NCBI GenBank assembly: GCA_963817895.1
Contig: CAWFQB010000001.1
Coordinates: forward strand, 768,001 to 832,000
DNA length: 64,000 nucleotides
Origin: an uncultured Chthonomonadaceae bacterium
Lineage (GTDB): Bacteria > Armatimonadota > Chthonomonadetes > Chthonomonadales > Chthonomonadaceae
Direction of reading: 5' to 3'
Shown here: piece after piece, positions 19,705 through 28,803 of the stretch
Numbering within the stretch: position 1 is the stretch's first letter
How the letters are laid out: the number at the start of each line of letters is the position of its first letter
Made by a program: the position numbers and the translations under genes
Notes under the pieces: generated by a model
What the model was told of the DNA's origin: nothing
The model's input: the letters and a program-made list of their open reading frames with translations, nothing else
The model's database searches: none

Positions 19705-20801
19705 AACAATCTATCGCGGGATTGATACTGTGTTCGCTGATGGCTGTGAGCGTGTCGGGGGCGTCCAGGCAGACGGGCGGCAAAACGCGGCAAAACGCGC
19801 CCCTTGTCATCGGCTGGCACGACGAGATGAACGATTCGGGTTTGTGGCATCCGCTCAGTATGGAAAATCAGCCGGACGTGTACGCGGCCCGTAAAGGCAG
19901 CCTGACGCTGCGCCTGCCGCATGTGCTCGACGGATTTCCCTATCAATTTCAGTGGAGCGGCGTGACGCGAACCGTGAGCGCGGATTTGGCGCGTTACCCC
20001 GTTCTCATGGCGCGAGTCAGCAGTCTGGAAGCGGGCAGTTACGCGCACCTGGATATTGAGGAGCGCGATATAAGCGGCAAGGCTGTACGCTCGTGGCGCT
20101 CTGCCACCCTGACGCGCCCCGGAATTACGCTCGTGGATATGGGCAAAGCGGCGGGAGCGGATACGCGCCGCCTGACGATACGGCTTATCATCGGCGGTAA
20201 ACTGGCAGGAGCAAAGGGCGAGTACGATTGGATACGCTTCGTAAATCGCGCCGACTCCGCGTTTTTGCAGTCTCATGCCGATTGGCAAAAAGTGACGTCA
20301 ACGGAACCGACCGGTGATACGCCGATGTATGCGCCCGCCGTACCGATCCGCCCCGGCGTCGTTCACGCCAACCTGACGCCGAGCGTTCCCGTGCCGGATG
20401 TGGGCTTGGGGCATCCGATGCGGGAAGGGTTTGGGAGTTTCCCCACTGCGCCACACCGGATTCACTTCAACCTGCGCGACATTGTGCCGGACACGCGCGC
20501 CGGCCATCAGCGCATTGACTTTTTCGTTCGCACGGGTTCTGACGCGCCGCCCCTCGTGACATTAGGCGACAATGGCGGCTTTCCCGAAGTGCAGGCGATT
20601 TATGCCCGCGCCAAAATCAATGACGGCGTTCAGGGTATCACTGTCACTCTGATTTTCGTTGCCGATCCGTCCATTGCCTCGAATACGACAGTCGGTTCCA
20701 AAGCGAGTACGCCCGGTAATCCCGCAATGGCGATCAACATCTGGCAGCCGTCCATACCCGGCGACTGCGCGGTTGTCAAAATCAAACCGGATCAAAAATG
20801 A
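19701..20801 (+). CDS. Hypothetical secreted protein
   Basis: Signal-peptide-like N-terminus; ATGA overlap with the upstream stop. Confidence 0.72.
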   Translation: MKQSIAGLILCSLMAVSVSGASRQTGGKTRQNAPLVIGWHDEMNDSGLWHPLSMENQPDVYAARKGSLTLRLPHVLDGFPYQFQWSGVTRTVSADLARYPVLMARVSSLEAGSYAHLDIEERDISGKAVRSWRSATLTRPGITLVDMGKAAGADTRRLTIRLIIGGKLAGAKGEYDWIRFVNRADSAFLQSHADWQKVTSTEPTGDTPMYAPAVPIRPGVVHANLTPSVPVPDVGLGHPMREGFGSFPTAPHRIHFNLRDIVPDTRAGHQRIDFFVRTGSDAPPLVTLGDNGGFPEVQAIYARAKINDGVQGITVTLIFVADPSIASNTTVGSKASTPGNPAMAINIWQPSIPGDCAVVKIKPDQK

Positions 20802-20820
20802 GGTGAAAGCAGACAAGCCT

Positions 20821-21291
20821 ATGCAGCAGATGATTTATCGCAACGCCGTGACGTTTTCCGTTCCCGATGATTGGGTGGAAGATGTTGACCTGGAAGACGA
20901 GTCGGGATTGTACTATGAGGATGTGGAGGACGCGGGCATTTTGCGCCTGAGCCTGTTCACCGTGCAGAACCCGAATCAGGTCACGTCGGATATGCTGGCG
21001 CAGGTTTTGGACGCCATGAGCAATTCCAAAACCAAAAAACTGGAAATTCTGAAGAACGGCAACGCGCTGTTGAGTTACACCACCAAAGCGCGGCAGGAGG
21101 ACGGTTCGCTGGAAATTCTGTACGTGTGGATCGTCGGCAACCCGCTTCCGCCGCACCATGCCCGCATCGCCAACTTTAGTTATACGATGGAAGCCGCCGC
21201 CGCCCTGAGCGCGAAAACCCAAAACGCCGTCGCCATGCTGGAAAACTCCATTCGCAGCGCAGAGTTCGCTACGGATCAGGTTGTGGAGTAG
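20821..21291 (+). CDS. Hypothetical protein (PsbP/DUF3805-like fold possible)
   Basis: TFSVPDDWVE..GILRLSLFT..IANFSYT; RBS gaggtg upstream. Confidence 0.65.
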   Translation: MQQMIYRNAVTFSVPDDWVEDVDLEDESGLYYEDVEDAGILRLSLFTVQNPNQVTSDMLAQVLDAMSNSKTKKLEILKNGNALLSYTTKARQEDGSLEILYVWIVGNPLPPHHARIANFSYTMEAAAALSAKTQNAVAMLENSIRSAEFATDQVVE

Positions 21292-21316
21292 AATCAAGAA
21301 AGGTTTCTTAAACACC

Positions 21317-22114
21317 ATGAATACGCGCCATCGCCTTGTTCCCTGTCTCCTCCTTGTCTCGGCTGCCGTGTCTTTGGCATGCCCTTCCGGTTTTGCCCGA
21401 AGGCGACCGGGCGGACACCCGGCGGATTTGGACACCGTGCCGGTCAAGTCGCTTGCCGCAAAGAAAGAACTGCTGTTTGCCGACGACTTCAGCAGCGCGG
21501 AGCATGACAAGCGCTGGCATCGGGTTGTGGATACTTTCGTTTTCGAGAATGGCGCGCTGAAAGGTTCGCAGACGCGCGAAAAGGACACTCCTGCCCCCGA
21601 TGGCAAGTCCATCATCACCGCTCATGCCGCCGTTTACGGACTGGAACTGCCCACAAAAAACAGCGTTGTGGAGTGCAGAATCCGCTTTGAGGGCGCAACG
21701 ATGATGGATGTGGAGTTCGACGATCGCAAGTATGAGGGTTCCCACTACGGCCACCTGTGCCGCGCCCAGGTTCGGCTGGACAGAGTGACCCTCCTTGACG
21801 AACGCGACGGCAGCCAGAGCAACGCCCTCATCGAACTGCGGAAAGATGCGGTTGCCAACAAAGCCGAAATCAGCAAACTGCTTGCCGCGCACAGCGCTAC
21901 GTTCCCCGCGAAACTGGAAGCGGGCAAATGGTACACTTTCGTGGTCGAAACCATCGGTGAGGAGATGCGCGTCACCATTGACGGCAAACCCGCCGGCTAC
22001 CTCAAATCCCCCGGCATCGGCCACGCCACCAAGTCCAAGATCGAGATTGGCGTTGGGGGCAAGGACGGCTGGTTCGACGACATCAAAGTTTGGAACGCTG
22101 AACCGGCAAAGTGA
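21317..22114 (+). CDS. Secreted concanavalin/DUF1080-like beta-sandwich protein
   Basis: Signal peptide; LLFADDFS, VVECRIRFEG, GKWYTFVVETIGEEMRVTIDGK, WFDDIKVW. Confidence 0.78.
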   Translation: MNTRHRLVPCLLLVSAAVSLACPSGFARRRPGGHPADLDTVPVKSLAAKKELLFADDFSSAEHDKRWHRVVDTFVFENGALKGSQTREKDTPAPDGKSIITAHAAVYGLELPTKNSVVECRIRFEGATMMDVEFDDRKYEGSHYGHLCRAQVRLDRVTLLDERDGSQSNALIELRKDAVANKAEISKLLAAHSATFPAKLEAGKWYTFVVETIGEEMRVTIDGKPAGYLKSPGIGHATKSKIEIGVGGKDGWFDDIKVWNAEPAK

Positions 22115-22217
22115 AGCCGAATTCTATCCTGATACTGAACACGGCTATATCCATATTTCCAATCTCCTGTTCTCCTTTCGTTGGAATCGTTCGTGTATAG
22201 TTCTTGTAAACTCGTGC

Positions 22218-22252
22218 CAACCGCCTTCTATCGCGTTGGTAGAAGGCGGTTG
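22218..22252. terminator. Perfect 13-bp hairpin between convergent genes
   Basis: caaccgccttcta-N9-tagaaggcggttg; no clear U-tract. Confidence 0.4.
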
Positions 22253-22465
22253 TCTGTTGCTGCTGTCTTCTGTTGTTCGTGTCTTCGCGGGCTTGCGTCT
22301 TGCCGCCCTCTCGTGTTCACGCGCCCGTTTCACCCCGGCCTGCCTTGTTCCCGGCCTGAACGCCACAAGCCACTCCGATGAGGAAGGGGCTTACTCTATG
22401 ACGGTTCGCCTGTCTCTGGTCGTGTTGTCGTCTCGTGTCTGCCCGGTGCGCCCTGCCGTATCCCG

Positions 22466-24106
22466 CTACGCTCCCGGCTTGTGTCCTAGCTCAATTGGCA
22501 CGTTTGAGGCTTCTGTTTCTTGTCGGTATACTTCAGCGTTAGAAGAAACTTTTCTCTCCTCAACTTCTTTCATCTCGACATTGTGAAAGGCTTTGTTTAG
22601 GAAAGCTCTATGGAATTTATCCAAGAGTTCATTATCTAAGATACCTCCTGCATGAGGCGGCGCGTTGTGAAAATCTGCTTCCTCCACATTAGTATTACAC
22701 CACAATTGGCTGATACTATTTTCATTTACTCCTTCAACGACAATAGCACCGCCAATCATGGCGTTCGTTAGTATGCTCCCCGCAAAACTGGTTCTTTGTA
22801 ACTCTGCATTACTGATATACGCTTCCTTTAAGATGCAAGAGCCTACGAAAGCGTCTTGTAAGTGTGCTGCAAATAGAATAGTTCCTGTCATGTCAGCATG
22901 CAGAAATGTAGATACTGATAAGTAAGCATGTTCTAAGCGCGCTCCCTGCAATTTGCTACCCTTTTTCAATTCTTGGCTCATAAATTTTGTGTTTTGAGCT
23001 TGCGCTCTGACAAGACGCGCTCCCCTCAAATCTGCGCCATCAAAGCGGGAACCTTGTAAGTGCGTATAGTTCATATCCGCACCCGGCAAATGAACATTTA
23101 ACAGGTTTACGCCTGCCAGAAAACACGAGTTCAGATCAATGGGAAAGGTACGCCTCCAATTTCTTAGTTGTGTCAGGTCTTCAGGTACGTCGGACGGTAT
23201 TGATAAGCTACGCAAGGCAATAACCAATGCGTTGCGCGTGTCAACTAGCTTTGCAGAGCGTGACCGGATGTTGATATGAACCTCTTTTTCATGCTCATGA
23301 GCCACTTCTTGGCTTTGCGCGTTCCGTAATGTTCCGTAATACACAGCCGCATTCAAACACTCATCTTCTTGTATCAAACTCTCCAAACATAACAACGTTG
23401 CACTGTGTGAAATACTCAAACGTGCAATACCGGAAAGTTCTTGGAGATAATCCGCTTCATGATTTGTGAAGTATGTAAACTGAGCCAAAGCATCTATAAA
23501 TGCTTTTTTCGCGCTCCGATTTGCATCTGCCAAATTTGCTATTAAAATGTGCAAAAGGTGCTGATTGCCCTTTTCTGCGAATTCTGCCATTTTGCCAATT
23601 GCTTTAATTACTTCATCACGAACTACCTGTTCATCTTCCATATGCAACATCGTAGCAAGTTGGGAAGAGGCACGTTCAAAAAATGGATAGCTCTCAGGCG
23701 TGATTCCTTTGTTTTTGCCCGGTGCTTGCTGACGAGCCATTTCTGCAAGGCGTAAGGCGGCATTGGCTCTTATAGCAGCACTATCTTTGTTGGACAGTCT
23801 GTTTAGAATATCCGTAAATTGAGCATCAAGAGACTGGCGATCAAAATGCTCCTGTTTCTGTTTGTGACTCCGATTGTATGTCCACAACGCCACCGAGCCG
23901 CCAAACAAACCTGCGACGGGAGCCGCATAAGGCCCCAACAATGTCCACCAAGATTTTCCTTGTTCAACTTGCACATAACCTCTAAAGAGAAAGCCTTTGC
24001 GAAGTATCCAGAACACGAAAGCTATCTCAACAGCAAGTAGAACTCCATGTATCCAGTAAAAGGCAAATAGTTTTCGCAGATGTTCAGCATCAAAATACTT
24101 CTTCAT
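22466..24106 (-). CDS. Membrane-anchored pentapeptide-repeat protein (low GC)
   Basis: Two N-terminal TMs, SAAIRANAALRLAEMA helix, C-terminal repeats GADLRGARLVRAQAQ / LQGARLEHAYL; AT-rich codons. Confidence 0.88.
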   Translation of the reverse strand: MKKYFDAEHLRKLFAFYWIHGVLLAVEIAFVFWILRKGFLFRGYVQVEQGKSWWTLLGPYAAPVAGLFGGSVALWTYNRSHKQKQEHFDRQSLDAQFTDILNRLSNKDSAAIRANAALRLAEMARQQAPGKNKGITPESYPFFERASSQLATMLHMEDEQVVRDEVIKAIGKMAEFAEKGNQHLLHILIANLADANRSAKKAFIDALAQFTYFTNHEADYLQELSGIARLSISHSATLLCLESLIQEDECLNAAVYYGTLRNAQSQEVAHEHEKEVHINIRSRSAKLVDTRNALVIALRSLSIPSDVPEDLTQLRNWRRTFPIDLNSCFLAGVNLLNVHLPGADMNYTHLQGSRFDGADLRGARLVRAQAQNTKFMSQELKKGSKLQGARLEHAYLSVSTFLHADMTGTILFAAHLQDAFVGSCILKEAYISNAELQRTSFAGSILTNAMIGGAIVVEGVNENSISQLWCNTNVEEADFHNAPPHAGGILDNELLDKFHRAFLNKAFHNVEMKEVEERKVSSNAEVYRQETEASNVPIELGHKPGA

Positions 24107-24199
24107 TGACGATCTCCTATGTGAAACGGAGAGGCAAGCTTTTGCAGTCTCACAATATTCAGGACGTAGAAACGTTTACAAAGATACTACCAGCAAATC

Positions 24200-24403
24200 T
24201 TAAAGTTGTTCGTCTGCTTCTTTCTTCTCCCCGTCCCTCGGATACTCCCTCGGTTTGTATGTTTCCAGCGACTCCTTCACGATGTAATATCTGCCACCGA
24301 TTTTGCCGCCAATAATAGCCTTACGCTGAATTGCATCCCGAACAGAGTCTTCAGTAACTCCGAGCAAACTTGCCGCTTTGGGAACTGTTACGAACGTGTA
24401 CAT
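24200..24403 (-). CDS. Excisionase-like helix-turn-helix DNA-binding protein
   Basis: FVTVPKAASLLGVTEDSVRDAIQRKAIIGGKIGGRYYI (HTH_17-like); RBS ggagg upstream. Confidence 0.85.
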   Translation of the reverse strand: MYTFVTVPKAASLLGVTEDSVRDAIQRKAIIGGKIGGRYYIVKESLETYKPREYPRDGEKKEADEQL

Positions 24404-24495
24404 AGTTGCCTGTTGCCTCCATAGATATAGTACCTCCTATCCCGTGTTTTATGAGAAGATTAAGGATGAAATTTTGCTAATGCCGTATTTCGCCA

Positions 24496-24524
24496 TTGAC
24501 AAAAGGAGATAGAACACATATAAT
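24496..24524 (+). promoter_or_regulatory. Perfect-consensus sigma70 promoter
   Basis: TTGACA (24496-24501), 17-bp spacer, TATAAT (24519-24524). Confidence 0.85.
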
Positions 24525-24755
24525 TGAAGGTGACAAACAAAGATGCCTGAAAGCGATCTAGAAAATCACTTTCAGGCGGGTGCAGAAAATCTTGCTCGGA
24601 CGCCTGCACCCTTATTCTACTGCATTTGCAGAGATAGCCGAATAAGGAGATAACGAAATTTGAAAATTGTTTCTATGACCTCTACATTGACGACAATGCG
24701 CAGGACGTAATCTGCCGCATGTGTCCCAATGACTACCCTCTCCTGCATGGTTGAC

Positions 24756-26002
24756 GGTTGCCGCCCTGAGCCGCGAAACAGAGCAGTTCATTCTCAAAAA
24801 GTGCAGAATTGTGCAGAATTATTGCCGCTTCCGTTCCAGTGAAGCAGGCGAACGAACTGTAAGAGTATCATGCAAATCACAGTCACCGTCAAACTGAATA
24901 CAACAGCAGAGCAGTTCACCCTCCTTGTGGAAACGGTGAAAATGTGCAATACTGCCTGTGACTGGATTAGCGAGATAGCGTTCTCGGAACGGAACTTCCG
25001 GCAATACGACTTGCATGAGCGGGCGTACTACGCGGCGCGGGAAACGTTCAAACTGCCCTCTTGCCATACCGCGCGCTGCATCAGCAAGGTAGCCAACGCC
25101 TACAAACTGGATAAGGCCGTACCGCGTACTTTTCGCTTACTTGGCGCCGCCGAACTAGATAAGAACCTGCTGACGTGGAAAGTTGACGCGCAAGTTGTCA
25201 ACATCAAAACTCTGAAAAGCAGGCTAAACGTTCCCTTCGCCTGCTCTCCTGTACAGAAAGAACTCCTGCAAGGTAAGCGCGGGCAGGCTGACCTCGTTCT
25301 GCGTAACGGCGTGTTCTACCTGTGCGTCGCCGTCACTGTTCAGGAAGCCGCGCTGATAGAGCCTACGGGCGTAATCGGTGTAGACCTCGGAATTGTCAAC
25401 GTAGCGACAGACAGCGAAGGCAACACCTACACCGGGGAACCGGTCAAGAAGGTAAGGAAGAAGTACCGCCGCCTGCGGCAACTGCTTCAACCGAAGAAAA
25501 CCCGTTCCGCAAGGAAGCATCTTCAAAAAGCGCGGCGAAAAGAGTCCCGCTTCGTCAAAGACGTAAATCACTGTATTTCAAAGAAACTGGTTCAACTGGC
25601 ACTCATGCGACAGAAGGCACTCGCCATCGAAACCTTAACCGGGATTCGGAAACGAGGAAACGGTTTGAATCGCGCTATGCGAGCCGAACTCAACAATTGG
25701 ACATTTCATCAACTCAAAACCTTCCTCACCTACAAGGCGCGTCGTGCAGGCATACCCCTTGTGGAAGTAGACCCGCGTTACAGTTCGCAAACCTGTTCCG
25801 CGTGTGGTCACTGCGAACGAGCGAACCGCAAGAGTCAGGAAGGTTTCTGTTGTGTCTGCTGTGGCCTGAAGTTGAACGCGGACTATAACGCCGCGCTCAA
25901 CTTGAAGGCACGGGGCGAACTGTCACCCGCCCTAATGTTCCGCAAAGAAGCACTCGCTTCCGCGTAGGGACAAGCCACCTGCTTTAGCAGGTGGTAGTTG
26001 AC
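24756..26002 (+). mobile_element. IS200/IS605-family non-autonomous (TnpB-only, IS1341-like) element
   Basis: tnpB without tnpA; right-end hairpin ccacctgc-ttta-gcaggtgg followed by tagttgac. Left end is inferred from a second GTTGAC at 24750-24755 and is uncertain. Confidence 0.75.
24870..25967 (+). CDS. tnpB: RNA-guided endonuclease TnpB
   Basis: RuvC-I GVDLGIVNVA, RuvC-II LAIETLTGIR, zinc finger SQTCSACG..FCCVCCG, RuvC-III NADYNAALNL; D-E-D triad intact. Confidence 0.95.
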   Translation: MQITVTVKLNTTAEQFTLLVETVKMCNTACDWISEIAFSERNFRQYDLHERAYYAARETFKLPSCHTARCISKVANAYKLDKAVPRTFRLLGAAELDKNLLTWKVDAQVVNIKTLKSRLNVPFACSPVQKELLQGKRGQADLVLRNGVFYLCVAVTVQEAALIEPTGVIGVDLGIVNVATDSEGNTYTGEPVKKVRKKYRRLRQLLQPKKTRSARKHLQKARRKESRFVKDVNHCISKKLVQLALMRQKALAIETLTGIRKRGNGLNRAMRAELNNWTFHQLKTFLTYKARRAGIPLVEVDPRYSSQTCSACGHCERANRKSQEGFCCVCCGLKLNADYNAALNLKARGELSPALMFRKEALASA

Positions 26003-26022
26003 ACAAGCTGGCCTGTCTACCC
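25800..26022 (+). ncRNA. Predicted TnpB omega/reRNA (scaffold overlapping tnpB 3' end, guide from 26003)
   Basis: Inferred from known TnpB biology plus the right-end hairpin; the 5' boundary is a guess. Confidence 0.5.
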
Positions 26023-26374
26023 CCAAGCTACCGTACAGGCTGACCCTTCTACCCCCCAAGTCACCCCCCAAGTTGAGCCATTTACCCCCCAAGCTATTGT
26101 ACAAGCTGCCACGAACAACGCTTCCTCTCTGCCTGCCAGATACAACAGGCAATTTCGGCAACTGCTGGAATTTTGCATCAGCCCTCGTGATCGCGCAAGT
26201 ATGCAGGCGCAGTTAGGATTAAAAGACGCGCGGAACTTTCGGAATACGTATCTCAAACCTTTATTAAGCCGAGGACTTCTGACAATGACTATCCCGCAAC
26301 ATCCAAGTTCGTCTCAGCAAAAATACAGAACGACAGCAGCGGGTACGCAATTTTTACAGGAAACCACATCGTAA
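25991..26374 (+). CDS. Fic-like C-terminal winged-HTH protein, probably interrupted at its 5' end by the TnpB element
   Basis: TPQVTPQV linker; LLEFCISPRDRASMQAQLGLKDARNFRNTYLKPLLSRGLLTMTIPQHPSSSQQKYRTT. Confidence 0.75.
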   Translation: MVVDTSWPVYPQATVQADPSTPQVTPQVEPFTPQAIVQAATNNASSLPARYNRQFRQLLEFCISPRDRASMQAQLGLKDARNFRNTYLKPLLSRGLLTMTIPQHPSSSQQKYRTTAAGTQFLQETTS

Positions 26375-26439
26375 ACTATCCTGAGTGTATGCGTGAAGAA
26401 AGGATTGGGACGGGCGTCGCGTTCTCCCGACAACCTGCT

Positions 26440-27108
26440 ATGAGCGACAAATATCCGCGCACAAGTCACCTGCTCTGGTCGCCGGGTGGCACGAAAGATG
26501 ACCGCAAACTTGCGAGTGTGGATGCGCTGCTGCATCGGGAACTGGTGATTACCGAGAAACTGGACGGTTCCAACGTGTGCCTGGAGCGCGAACAGGTGTT
26601 TGCCCGCAGCCATAACGACACCCCGCGCCATCCTAGTTTCGACGCGCTTAAAGCCGTTCACGCCACTTTGCGCTGGCAGATACCCGCGCGCTGGCAAATT
26701 TTCGGCGAGTGGCTGTGGGCGCGGCACAGCATCGCGTACAATCGCCTGCCCGCGTTTCTGCTTGTTTTCGGGATTCGCGATACCGATAAAATGGAATGGC
26801 TGTCATGGGATGAAACTGTTGCCGCCTGTGACATATTGAATTTGAGTACGGTACCGGTATTATGGCGGGGTACAATAACAACCGAAGCGGAACTGCAAAA
26901 GCGAACCGAAATTCTGCTGCAAAAGCGCAGTTACGGCCCAGAGCAGGAGGGCCTTGTTGTTCGCGTTGCGTCAAACTTTGCCGACGCGGAGTTTGCCGTA
27001 AACGTCGCCAAATGGGTTCGCGCCGCGCATGTGCAAACGAGTGAGCATTGGAGTTCGCAGCAAATTACGCGCAATACGCTTGCGAATGAAAACGACCGCG
27101 ATGCCTGA
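26440..27108 (+). CDS. RNA ligase family (Rnl2-like nucleotidyltransferase)
   Basis: KYPRTSHLLWSPG, motif I TEKLDGSN, IFGEWL, FLLVFGI, EGLVVR, AKWVR. Confidence 0.9.
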   Translation: MSDKYPRTSHLLWSPGGTKDDRKLASVDALLHRELVITEKLDGSNVCLEREQVFARSHNDTPRHPSFDALKAVHATLRWQIPARWQIFGEWLWARHSIAYNRLPAFLLVFGIRDTDKMEWLSWDETVAACDILNLSTVPVLWRGTITTEAELQKRTEILLQKRSYGPEQEGLVVRVASNFADAEFAVNVAKWVRAAHVQTSEHWSSQQITRNTLANENDRDA

Positions 27109-27123
27109 AGGAGCCGAGACTAT

Positions 27124-27867
27124 ATGTTCAATCTGACGCGGTTTTCTATCGGGGATGTGCTGGAGTGCAGCGACGCGCTTGGTAAAATCGGGACCGGCGC
27201 AGGCAGCATGGAGGAGGTGGCGCAGGAGATTGTCGCCTATCTTTATACGCAGTTGGGCGAGGATGATTCCGGCGAAAAATCCTGTGCGCTCGTCCGCTTT
27301 TATAAAACGCATGATTTCGGGCAATTGCCGATTCTGCTGCGCGGCTTTGCCAGAAACGCGGCGGGCGGCATTGCCATTCAGCCGGAAACCAAATGCCTGA
27401 CGCTGTTGGCGACAGCGGGCGACAGGCCGGAATGGAACGACAGAACGCGCTCCTTAAACCATCAGGCCATTCCCCTGCTGAGTGAGCAGGTCGTGATGCG
27501 GTCGCCCATGATTTCGCAGATGATTCAGCAAATGGGGCTGGAAATCCGCCAGGTCGTCGCGCCCAACTCCGGGCTGATGATGGAAGACGCGAACAAGCGC
27601 AGTTACAACGTTTTCTACGTGCCGGAAGCGGCGGGCAGTCCGTACATCCCCGCGCAGGAGGACTTTGTCCTTTCGCATGGCGTCCGGTCCGTGATCGGAT
27701 TTGGCGGGCTGCTCCCCTCGCGGGAGTTATTTGTCGTGATTGTGTTTGCCAAAACAGCCATTTCGGAGGAAGCGGCCCGCCTGTTCAAATCCATTGCCCT
27801 GTCCGTAAAGGGCAGCCTGCTTCCTTTCGCGCGTGGAACCGTTTTCGCTTCCAAAAAAGTTGAGTAG
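27124..27867 (+). CDS. Conserved hypothetical protein; stand-alone GAF-like domain
   Basis: RBS aaggag; SMEEVAQEIVAYLY..CALVRFYKTH..CLTLLATAG..HQAIPL..SPYIPAQEDFV..VIGFGGLLPS. Resembles, from memory, an N-terminal domain of some histidine kinases. Confidence 0.75.
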   Translation: MFNLTRFSIGDVLECSDALGKIGTGAGSMEEVAQEIVAYLYTQLGEDDSGEKSCALVRFYKTHDFGQLPILLRGFARNAAGGIAIQPETKCLTLLATAGDRPEWNDRTRSLNHQAIPLLSEQVVMRSPMISQMIQQMGLEIRQVVAPNSGLMMEDANKRSYNVFYVPEAAGSPYIPAQEDFVLSHGVRSVIGFGGLLPSRELFVVIVFAKTAISEEAARLFKSIALSVKGSLLPFARGTVFASKKVE

Positions 27868-27883
27868 CGAGTGCCATCCAACA

Positions 27884-28522
27884 TCAATAAGCAATGGTGA
27901 ATCGCTGGCGGATATGCTGCGGATTTTCCGCTTCATCCACAAGCGCGACGGCGTAGTCTTCCGCCGATATGCGGCTGTTGCCTTCCGCGTCGGTCAGCAG
28001 TTGGTCGCCGCCCAATCGGAATTTGCCGGTACGCTCACCCGGTTCAATGAAGGCTGCGGGGCTGAAATAGCTGAAATCCAGATCGTTGCCCTCCGCCCTG
28101 TACACGTCGAGCGCGTCACGGTGCGCGAGGACAAGCGGCATCCACTCTTTGGGCAGATTGTCCGTATCCAATAGCTGAACGCCCGGAGCCACTTCCAGCG
28201 TACCCGCGCCGCCGACAATTACCAGACGCTTGACGCCCGCCTGCTTCAGTCCGGCAATCAGGGAGCGGGCGGCTGTCACCAGCGTTTGCGGATCGCCGCT
28301 GCCTGGCCCGTAGGCAGTAATCACAACATCGTGTCCCGCCACGACCTGCGCCACGCTTTGTGGGTTGAGAATGTCGCCCGTGATGGTTTGCAGGGTGGAA
28401 TTCTGCGCCGTTACGCCGGAGGGGTCGCGCGCGATAGCGGTAACATCATGGCCGCGCTGCAACGCTTCCCGCAAAATCCGCTGCCCGATCATTCCCGTCG
28501 CGCCAAACAAAACGATTTTCAT
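27884..28522 (-). CDS. NAD(P)-dependent oxidoreductase (YwnB-like)
   Basis: MKIVLFGATGMIG, RLVIVGGAGTL, PGERTGKFRLG, SRISAEDYAVALVDE. Confidence 0.93.
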   Translation of the reverse strand: MKIVLFGATGMIGQRILREALQRGHDVTAIARDPSGVTAQNSTLQTITGDILNPQSVAQVVAGHDVVITAYGPGSGDPQTLVTAARSLIAGLKQAGVKRLVIVGGAGTLEVAPGVQLLDTDNLPKEWMPLVLAHRDALDVYRAEGNDLDFSYFSPAAFIEPGERTGKFRLGGDQLLTDAEGNSRISAEDYAVALVDEAENPQHIRQRFTIAY

Positions 28523-28803
28523 TTCAAACTTCCTTCCTCACTACTTCCTTTTTGTTTGCGTTTCCTGCCACTGACGCGCGGGAAACATGCTATTATTTAG
28601 AACGCCTGAGCCGAGGTTTTTGCAGCATTTTCTAATGGGATTTGCGCGTGTTTTTTACCTGCTCTTGTGGCGAGGCAAGGCTTGATAGCGAGTTGACGCG
28701 GCTTCATGCGGCTTTTGAAGGACGAATTATTCTGATTACACAACGCGAAGGGAACGCGCCCACAGCCGCCGCTTCCTCCCATTCCATTCTGTGGCAGCGG
28801 CGG

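Noticed and set aside
21795..22586. 263-aa ORF and ORF 22145..22366
   Set aside because: They overlap better-supported genes or the structured non-coding segment and lack protein-like features.
24756..26002. IStron (group I intron plus TnpB)
   Set aside because: Only about 115 nt precede tnpB, too short for a group I core, and the element ends in C rather than a terminal G.
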